Shown piece by piece: positions 28,481 through 38,937 of a stretch of 64,000 nt of DNA. The stretch lies in the NCBI GenBank assembly GCA_964057225.1, contig CAXKVF010000100.1, positions 14,361 to 78,360 of the forward strand, read 5' to 3'. Source of the DNA: Auanema rhodensis (taxonomy: Eukaryota; Animalia; Nematoda). The position numbers were made by a program, and so were the translations under genes. Below the pieces are notes generated by a model, which was not told the origin of the DNA, ran no database searches, and worked only from the letters and a program-made list of their open reading frames with translations. Numbering within the stretch: position 1 is the first letter of the stretch; each line of letters opens with the position of its first letter.

Positions 28481-31400
28481 TTCACGTAAATTTCAAAGTC
28501 ATGGTTACCATGAACCAATATCAATAAAAATTTGTTTTTAGACTAATATGGACATGGGGAATCTAATTTTGAAAACCGCATCTCTTTATCTTTCACGTAA
28601 AGCGAGTTACATACCAAGTGCACATCACGTGTACATTTAATTAGCATAAATTAAAGTTCACGTAAATTTCAAAGTCATGGTTACCATGCACCAATATCAA
28701 TAAAAATCTGTTTTTAGACTAATATTGACATGGGGAATCTAATTTTGAGAACCGCATCTCTTTATCTTTCACGTGAAGCGAGTTACATACCAAGTGCACA
28801 TCACGTGTACATTTAATTAGCATAAATTAAAGTTCACGTAAATTTCAAAGTCATGGTTACCATGAACCAATATCAATAAAAATTTGTTTTTAGACTAATA
28901 TGGACATGGGGAATCTAATTTTGAAAACCGCATCTCTTTATCTTTTACGTGAAGCGAGTTACATACCAAGTGCACATCACGTGTACATTTAATTAGCATA
29001 AATTAAAGTTCACGTAAAATTCAAAGTCATGGTTACCATGCACCAATATCAATAAAAATTTGTTTTTAGACTAATATGGACATGGGGAATCTAATTTTGA
29101 AAACCGCATCTCTTTATCTTTTACGTGAAGCGAGTTACATACCAAGTGCACATCACGTGTACATTTAATTAGCATAAATTAAAGTTCACGTAAATTTCAA
29201 AGTCATGGTTACCATGAACCAATATCAATAAAAATTTGTTTTTAGACTAATATGGACATGGGGAATCTAATTTTGAAAACCGCATCTCTTTATCTTTCAC
29301 GTGAAGCGAGTTACATACCAAGTGCACATCACGTGTACATTTAATTAGCATAAATTAAAGTTCACGTAAATTTCAAAGTCATGGTTACCATGAACCAATA
29401 TCAATAAAAATTGGTTTTTAGACTAATATGGACATGGGGAATCTAATTTTGAAAACCGCATCTCTTTATCTTTCACGTGAAGCGAGTTACATACCAAGTG
29501 CACATCACGTGTACATTTAATTAGCATAAATTAAAGTTCACGTAAATTTCAAAGTCATGTTTACCATGAACCAATATCAATAAAAATTTGTTTTTAGACT
29601 AATATGGACATGGGGAATCTAATTTTGAAAACCGCATCTCTTTATCTTTCACGTGAAGCGAGTTACATACCAAGTGCACATCACGTGTACATTTAATTAG
29701 CATAAATTAAAGTTCACGTAAATTTCAAAGTCATGGTTACCATGAACCAATATCAATAAAAATTTGTTTTTAGACTAATATGGACATGGGGAATATAATT
29801 TTGAAAACCGCATCTCTTTATCTTTCACGTGAAGCGAGTTACATACCAAGAGCACATCACGTGTACATTTAATTAGCATAAATTAAAGTTCACGTAAATT
29901 TCAAAGTCATGGTTACCATGAACCAATATCAATAAAAATTTGTTTTTAGACTAATATGGACATGGGGAATCTAATTTTGAAAACCGCATCTCTTTATCTT
30001 TCACGTGAAGCGAGTTACATACCAAGTGCACATCACGTGTACATTTAATTAGCATAAATTAAAGTTCACGTAAAATTCAAAGTCATGGTTACCATGCACC
30101 AATATCAATAAAAATTTGTTTTTAGACTAATATGGACATGGGGAATCTAATTTTGAAAACCGCATCTCTTTATCTTTCACGTGAAGCGAGTTACATACCA
30201 AGTGCACATCACGTGTACATTTAATTTTCATAAATTAAAGTTCACGTAAATTTCAAAGTCATGGTTACCATGCACCAATATCAATAAAAATTGGTTTTTA
30301 GACTAATATGGACATGGGGAATCTAATTTTGGAAACCGCATCTCTTTATCTTTCACGTGAAGCGAGTTACATACCAAGTGCACATCACGTGTACATTTAA
30401 TTAGCATAAATCAAAGTTCACGTAAATTTCAAAGTCATGGTTACCATGAACCAATATCAATAAAAATTTGTTTTTAGACTAATATGGACATGGGGAATCT
30501 AATTTTGAAAACCGCATCTCTTTATCTTTCACGTGAAGCGAGTTACATACCAAGTGCACATCACGTGTACATTTAATTAGCATAAATTAAAGTTCACGTA
30601 AATTTCAAAGTCATGGTTACCATGAACCAATATCAATAAAAATTTGTTTTTAGACTAATATGGACATGGGGAATCTAATTTTGAAAACCGCATCTCTTTA
30701 TCTTTCACGTAAAGCGAGTTACATACCAAGTGCACATCACGTGTACATTTAATTAGCATAAACTAAAGTTCACGTAAATTTCAAAGTCATGGTTACCATG
30801 AACCAATATCAATAAAAATTTGTTTTTAGACTAATATGGACATGGGGAATCTAATTTTGAAAACCGCATCTCTTTATCTTTCACGTGAAGCGAGTTACAT
30901 ACCATGTGCACATCACGTGTACATTTAATTAGCATAAATTAAAGTTCACGTAAATTTCAAAGTCATGGTTACCATGAACCAATATCAATAAAAATTTGTT
31001 TTTAGACTAATATGGACATGGGGAATCTAATTTTGAAAACCGCATCTCTTTATCTTTCACGTGAAGCGAGTTACATACCAAGTGCACATCACGTGTACAT
31101 TTAATTAGCATAAATTAAAGTTCACGTAAATTTCAAAGTCATGGTTACCATGCACCAATATTAATAAAAATTTGTTTTTAGACTAATATGGACATGGGGA
31201 ATCTAATTTTGAAAACCGCATCTCTTTATCTTTTACGTGAAGCGAGTTACATACCAAGTGCACATCACGTGTACATTTAATTAGCATAAATTAAAGTTCA
31301 CGTAAATTTCAAAGTCATGGTTACCATGAACCAATATCAATAAAAATTTGTTTTTAGACTAATATGGACATGGGGAATCTAATTTTGAAAACCGCATCTC

Positions 31401-32640
31401 TTTATCTTTTACGTGAAGCGAGTTACATACCAAGTGCACATCACGTGTACATTTAATTAGCATAAATTAAAGTTCACGTAAATTTCAAAGTCATGGTTAC
31501 CATGCACCAATATCAATAAAAATTTGTTTTTAGACTAATAGGGACATGGGGAATCTAATTTTGAAAACCGCATCTCTTTATCTTTTACGTGAAGCGAGTT
31601 ACATACCAAGTGCACATCACGTGTACATTTAATTAGCATAAATTAAAGTTCACGTAAAATTCAAAGTCATGGTTACCATGCACCAATATCAATAAAAATT
31701 TGTTTTTAGACTAATATGGACATGGGGAATCTAATTTTGAAAACCGCATCTCTTTATCTTTTACGTGAAGCGAGTTACATACCAAGTGCACATCACGTGT
31801 ACATTTAATTAGCATAAATTAAAGTTCACGTAAATTTCAAAGTCATGGTTACCATGAACCAATATCAATAAAAATTTGTTTTTAGACTAATATGGACATG
31901 GGGAATCTAATTTTGAAAACCGCATCTCTTTATCTTTCACGTGAAGCGAGTTACATACCAAGTGCACATCACGTGTACATTTAATTAGCATAAATTAAAG
32001 TTCACGTAAATTTCAAAGTCATGGTTACCATGAACCAATATCAATAAAAATTTGTTTTTAGACTAATATGGACATGGGGAATCTAATTTTGAAAACCGCA
32101 TCTCTTTATCTTTCACGTAAAGCGAGTTACATACCAAGTGCACATCACGTGTACATTTAATTAGCATAAATTAAAGTTCACGTAAATTTCAAAGTCATGG
32201 TTACCATGCACCAATATCAATAAAAATTTGTTTTTAGACTAATATGGACATGGGGAATCTAATTTTGAAAACCGCATCTCTTTATCTTTCACGTGAAGCG
32301 AGTTACATACCAAGTGCACATCACGTGTACATTTAATTAGCATGAACTAAAGTTCACGTAAATTTCAAAGTCATGGTTACCATGCACCAATATCAATAAA
32401 AATTTGTTTTTTGACTAATATGGACATGCGAAATCTATTTTAGAAAACCGCATCTCTTTATCTTTCACGTGAAGCGAGTTACATACCAAGTGCACATCAC
32501 GTGTACATTTAATTAGCATAAATTAAAGTTCACGTAAAATTCAAAGTCATGGTTACCATGAACCAATATCAATAAAAATTTGTTTTTAGACTAATATGGA
32601 CATGGGGAATCTAATTTTGAAAACCGCATCTCTTTATCTT

Positions 32641-32693
32641 TCACGTGAAGTGTACACGTGATGTGCACTTGGTATGTAACTCGCTTCACGTAA
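32641..32693. other. Satellite strand-switch (inversion) junction at 32650/32651; 33-bp spacer 32651..32683 between inverted arms
   Basis: ...TCACGTGAAG|TGTACACGTG...: forward monomer stops at position 114, reverse monomer starts at position 147. CGTGAAG ending at 32650 pairs with CTTCACG starting at 32684. No inserted bases. Confidence 0.97.
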
Positions 32694-33127
32694 AAGATAA
32701 AGAGATGCGGTTTTCAAAATTAGATTCCCCATGTCCATATTAGTCTAAAAACAAATTTTTATTGATATTGGTTCATGGTAACCATGACTTTGAAATTTAC
32801 GTGAACTTTAATTTATGCTAATTAAATGTACACGTGATGTGCACTTGGTATGTAACTCGCTTCACGTGAAAGATAAAGAGATGCGGTTTCCAAAATTAGA
32901 TTCCCCATGTCCATATTAGTCTAAAAACAAATTTTTATTGATATTGGTGCATGGTAACCATGACTTTGAAATTTACGTGAACTTTAATTTATGCTAATTA
33001 AATGTACACGTGATGTGCACTTGGTATGTAACTCGCTTCACGTAAAAGATAAAGAGATGCGGTTTTCAAAATTAGATTCCCCATGTCCATATTAGTCTAA
33101 AAACAAATTTTTATTGATATTGCTTCA

Positions 33128-33217
33128 TGGTAACCATGACTTTGAAATTTACGTGAACTTTAATTTATGCTATGGTAACCATGACTTTGAAATTTACGTG
33201 AACTTTAATTTATGCTA
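33128..33217 (-). repeat. 45-bp internal duplication (221-bp monomer), inverted arm
   Basis: Reverse-complement join TTTATGCTATGGTAAC; units 33128..33172 and 33173..33217. Confidence 0.95.
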
Positions 33218-34756
33218 ATTAAATGTACACGTGATGTGCACTTGGTATGTAACTCGCTTCACGTGAAAGATAAAGAGATGCGGTTTTCAAAATTAGATTC
33301 CCCATGTCCATATTAGTCTAAAAACAAATTTTTATTGATATTGCTTCATGGTAACCATGACTTTGAAATTTACATGAACTTTAATTTATGCTAATTAAAT
33401 GTACACGTGATGTGCACTTGGTATGTAACTCGCTTCACGTGAAAGATAAAGAGATGCGGTTTTCAAAATTAGATTCCCCATGTCCATATTAGTCTAAAAA
33501 CAAATTTTTATTGATATTGGTTCATGGTAACCATGACTTTGAAATTTACGTGAACTTTAATTTATGCTAATTAAATGTACACGTGATGTGCACTTGGTAT
33601 GTAACTCGCTTCACGTGAAAGATAAAGAGATGCGGTTTCCAAAATTAGATTCCCCATGTCCATATTAGTCTAAAAACAAATTTTTATTGATATTGGTGCA
33701 TGGTAACCATGACTTTGAAATTTACGTGAACTTTAATTTATGCTAATTAAATGTACACGTGATGTGCACTTGGTATGTAACTCGCTTCACGTAAAAGATA
33801 AAGAGATGCGGTTTTCAAAATTAGATTCCCCATGTCCATATTAGTCTAAAAACAAATTTTTATTGATATTGGTGCATGGTAACCATGACTTTGAATTTTA
33901 CGTGAACTTTAATTTATGCTAATTAAATGTACACGTGATGTGCACTTGGTATGTAACTCGCTTCACGTAAAAGATAAAGAGATGCGGTTTTCAAAATTAG
34001 ATTCCCCATGTCCATATTAGTCTAAAAACAAATTTTTATTGATATTGGTTCATGGTAACCATGACTTTGAAATTTACGTGAACTTTAATTTATGCTAATT
34101 AAATGTACACGTGATGTGCACTTGGTATGTAACTCGCTTTACGTGAAAGATAAAGAGATGCGGTTTTCAAAATTAGATTCCCCATGTCCATATTAGTCTA
34201 AAAACAAATTTTTATTGATATTGGTTCATGGTAACCATGACTTTGAAATTTACGTGAACTTTAATTTATGCTAATTAAATGTACACGTGATGTGCACTTG
34301 GTATGTAACTCGCTTCACGTGAAAGATAAAGAGATGCGGTTTTCAAAATTAGATTCCCCATGTCCATATTAGTCTAAAAACAAATTTTTATTGATATTGG
34401 TTCATGGTAACCATGACTTTGAAATTTACGTGAACTTTAATTTATGCTAATTAAATGTACACGTGATGTGCACTTGGTATGTAACTCGCTTCACGTAAAA
34501 GATAAAGAGATGCGGTTTTCAAAATTAGATTCCCCATGTCCATATTAGTCTAAAAACAAATTTTTATTGATATTGGTGCATGGTAACCATGACTTTGAAT
34601 TTTACGTGAACTTTAATTTATGCTAATTAAATGTACACGTGATGTGCACTTGGTATGTAACTCGCTTCACGTAAAAGATAAAGAGATGCGGTTTTCAAAA
34701 TTAGATTCCCCATGTCCCTATTAGTCTAAAAACAAATTTTTATTGATATTGGTGCA

Positions 34757-34846
34757 TGGTAACCATGACTTTGAAATTTACGTGAACTTTAATTTATGCT
34801 ATGGTAACCATGACTTTGAAATTTACGTGAACTTTAATTTATGCTA
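34757..34846 (-). repeat. 45-bp internal duplication (221-bp monomer), inverted arm
   Basis: Join TTTATGCTATGGTAAC across 34801/34802. Confidence 0.95.
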
Positions 34847-35153
34847 ATTAAATGTACACGTGATGTGCACTTGGTATGTAACTCGCTTCACGTGAAAGAT
34901 AAAGAGATGCGGTTTTCAAAATTAGATTCCCCATGTCCATATTAGTCTAAAAACAAATTTTTATTGATATTGCTTCATGGTAACCATGACTTTGAATTTT
35001 ACGTGAACTTTAATTTATGCTAATTAAATGTACACGTGATGTGCACTTGGTATGTAACTCGCTTCACGTAAAAGATAAAGAGATGCGGTTTTCAAAATTA
35101 GATTCCCCATGTCCCTATTAGTCTAAAAACAAATTTTTATTGATATTGCTTCA

Positions 35154-35243
35154 TGGTAACCATGACTTTGAAATTTACGTGAACTTTAATTTATGCTATG
35201 GTAACCATGACTTTGAAATTTACGTGAACTTTAATTTATGCTA
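35154..35243 (-). repeat. 45-bp internal duplication (221-bp monomer), inverted arm
   Basis: Join TTTATGCTATGGTAAC across 35198/35199. Confidence 0.95.
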
Positions 35244-38200
35244 ATTAAATGTACACGTGATGTGCACTTGGTATGTAACTCGCTTCACGTGAAAGATAAA
35301 GAGATGCGGTTTTCAAAATTAGATTCCCCATGTCCATATTAGTCTAAAAACAAATTTTTATTGATATTGCTTCATGGTAACCATGACTTTGAAATTTACA
35401 TGAACTTTAATTTATGCTAATTAAATGTACATGTGATGTGCACTTGGTATGTAACTCGCTTCACGTGAAAGATAAAGAGATGCGGTTTTCAAAATTAGAT
35501 TCCCCATGTCCATATTAGTCTAAAAACAAATTTTTATTGATATTGGTTCATGGTAAACATGACTTTGAAATTTACGTGAACTTTAATTTATGCTAATTAA
35601 ATGTACACGTGATGTGCACTTGGTATGTAACTCGCTTCACGTGAAAGATAAAGAGATGCGGTTTTCAAAATTAGATTCAGCATGTCCATATTAGTCTAAA
35701 AACAAATTTTTATTGATATTGCTTCATGGTAACCATGACTTTGAAATTTACGTGAACTTTAATTTATGCTAATTAAATGTACACGTGATGTGCACTTGGT
35801 ATGTAACTCGCTTCACGTGAAAGATAAAGAGATGCGGTTTTCAAAATTAGATTCCCCATGTCCATATTAGTCTAAAAACAAATTTTTATCGATATTGGTT
35901 CATGGTAACCATGACTTTGAAATTTACGTGAACTTTAGTTCATGCTAATTAAATGTACACGTGATGTGCACTTGGTATGTAACTCGCTTCACGTGAAAGA
36001 TAAAGAGATGCGGTTTTCTAAAATAGATTTCGCATGTCCATATTAGTCAAAAAACAAATTTTTATTGATATTGGTGCATGGTAACCATGACTTTGAAATT
36101 TACGTGAACTTTAATTTATGCTAATTAAATGTACACGTGATGTGCACTTGGTATGTAACTCGCTTCACGTAAAAGATAAAGAGATGCGGTTTTCAAAATT
36201 AGATTCCCCATGTCCATATTAGTCTAAAAACAAATTTTTATTGATATTGGTTCATGGTAACCATGACTTTGAAATTTACGTGAACTTTAATTTATGCTAA
36301 TTAAATGTACACGTGATGTGCACTTGGTATGTAACTCGCTTCACGTGAAAGATAAAGAGATGCGGTTTTCAAAATTAGATTCCCCATGTCCATATTAGTC
36401 TAAAAACAAATTTTTATTGATATTGCTTCATGGTAACCATGACTTTGAAATTTACGTGAACTTTAATTTATGCTAATTAAATGTACACGTGATGTGCACT
36501 TGGTATGTAACTCGCTTCACGTGAAAGATAAAGAGATGCGGTTTTCAAAATTAGATTCCCCATGTCCATATTAGTCTAAAAACAAATTTTTATTGATATT
36601 GGTGCATGGTAACCATGACTTTGAAATTTACGTGAACTTTAATTTATGCTAATTAAATGTACACGTGATGTGCACTTGGTATGTAACTCGCTTCACGTGA
36701 AAGATAAAGAGATGCGGTTTTCAAAATTAGATTCCCCATGTTCATATTAGTCTAAAAACAAATTTTTATTGATATTGCTTCATGGTAACCATGACTTTGA
36801 AATTTACGTGAACTTTAATTTATGCTAATTAAATGTACACGTGATGTGCACTTGGTATGTAACTCGCTTCACGTGAAAGATAAAGAGATGCGGTTTTCAA
36901 AATTAGATTCCCCATGTCCATATTAGTCTAAAAACAAATTTTTATTGATATTGGTTCATGGTAACCATGACTTTGAAATTTACGTGAACTTTAATTTATG
37001 CTAATTAAATGTACACGTGATGTGCACTTGGTATGTAACTCGCTTCACGTGAAAGATAAAGAGATGCGGTTTTCAAAATTAGATTCCCCATGTCCATATT
37101 AGTCTAAAAACAAATTTTTATTGATATTGGTTCATGGTAACCATGACTTTGAAATTTACGTGAACTTTAATTTATGCTAATTAAATGTACACGTGATGTG
37201 CACTTGGTATGTAACTCGCTTCACGTAAAAGATAAAGAGATGCGGTTTTCAAAATTAGATTCCCCATGTCCATATTAGTCTAAAAACAAATTTTTATTGA
37301 TATTGGTGCATGGTAACCATGACTTTGAAATTTACGTGAACTTTAATTTATGCTAATTAAATGTACACGTGATGTGCACTTGGTATGTAACTCGCTTCAC
37401 GTGAAAGATAAAGAGATGCGGTTTTCAAAATTAGATTCCCCATGTCCATATTAGTCTAAAAACAAATTTTTATTGATATTGGTTCATATTAACCATGACT
37501 TTGAAATTTACGTGAACTTTAATTTATGCTAATTAAATGTACACGTGATGTGCACTTGGTATGTAACTCGCTTCACGTGAAAGATAAAGAGATGCGGTTT
37601 TCAAAATTAGATTCCCCATGTTCATATTAGTCTAAAAACAAATTTTTATTGATATTGCTTCATGGTAACCATGACTTTGAAATTTACGTGAACTTTAATT
37701 TATGCTAATTAAATGTACACGTGATGTGCTCTTGGTATGTAACTCGCTTCACGTGAAAGATAAAGAGATGCGGTTTTCAAAATTAGATTCCCCATGTCCA
37801 TATTAGTCTAAAAACAAATTTTTATTGATATTGGTTCATGGTAACCATGACTTTGAAATTTACGTGAACTTTAATTTATGCTAATTAAATGTACACGTGA
37901 TGTGCACTTGGTATGTAACTCGCTTCACGTGAAAGATAAAGAGATGCGGTTTTCAAAATTAGATTCCCCATGTCCATATTAGTCTAAAAACAAATTTTTA
38001 TTGATATTGGTTCATGGTAACCATGACTTTGAAATTTACGTGAACTTTAATTTATGCTAATTAAATGTACACGTGATGTGCACTTGGTATGTAACTCGCT
38101 TCACGTGAAAGATAAAGAGATGCGGTTTTCAAAATTAGATTCCCCATGTCCATATTAGTCTAAAAACAAATTTTTATTAATATTGGTGCATGGTAACCAT

Positions 38201-38937
38201 GACTTTGAAATTTACGTGAACTTTAATTTATGCTAATTAAATGTACACGTGATGTGCACTTGGTATGTAACTCGCTTCACGTGAAAGATAAAGAGATGCG
38301 GTTTTCAAAATTAGATTCCCCATGTCCATATTAGTCTAAAAACAAATTTTTATTGATATTGCTTCATGGTAACCATGACTTTGAAATTTACGTGAACTTT
38401 AATTTATGCTAATTAAATGTACACGTGATGTGCACTTGGTATGTAACTCGCTTCACGTGAAAGATAAAGAGATGCGGTTTTCAAAATTAGATTCCCCATG
38501 TCCATATTAGTCTAAAAACAAATTTTTATTGATATTGCTTCATGGTAACCATGACTTTGAAATTTACGTGAACTTTAATTTATGCTAATTAAATGTACAC
38601 GTGATGTGCACTTGGTATGTAACTCGCTTCACGTGAAAGATAAAGAGATGCGGTTTTCAAAATTAGATTCCCCATGTCCATATTAGTCTAAAAACAAATT
38701 TTTATTGATATTGGTTCATGGTAACCATGACTTTGAAATTTACGTGAACTTTAATTTATGCTAATTAAATGTACACGTGATGTGCACTTGGTATGTAACT
38801 CGCTTCACGTGAAAGATAAAGAGATGCGGTTTTCAAAATTAGATTCCCCATGTCCATATTAGTCTAAAAACAAATTTTTATTGATATTGGTTCATGGTAA
38901 CCATGACTTTGAAATTTACGTGAACTTTAATTTATGC

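Larger units (their letters stand above)
1..32650 (+). repeat. 176-bp tandem satellite, left arm (184 full monomers + 114 bp; continues beyond window start)
   Basis: AATTTCAAAGTCATGG recurs at 1, 177, 353...; length check 32650 - 18 - 3x45 + 1 = 184x176 + 114. Most monomers differ from consensus by 0-3 substitutions. GC 56/176. Strand label is arbitrary. Confidence 0.99.
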
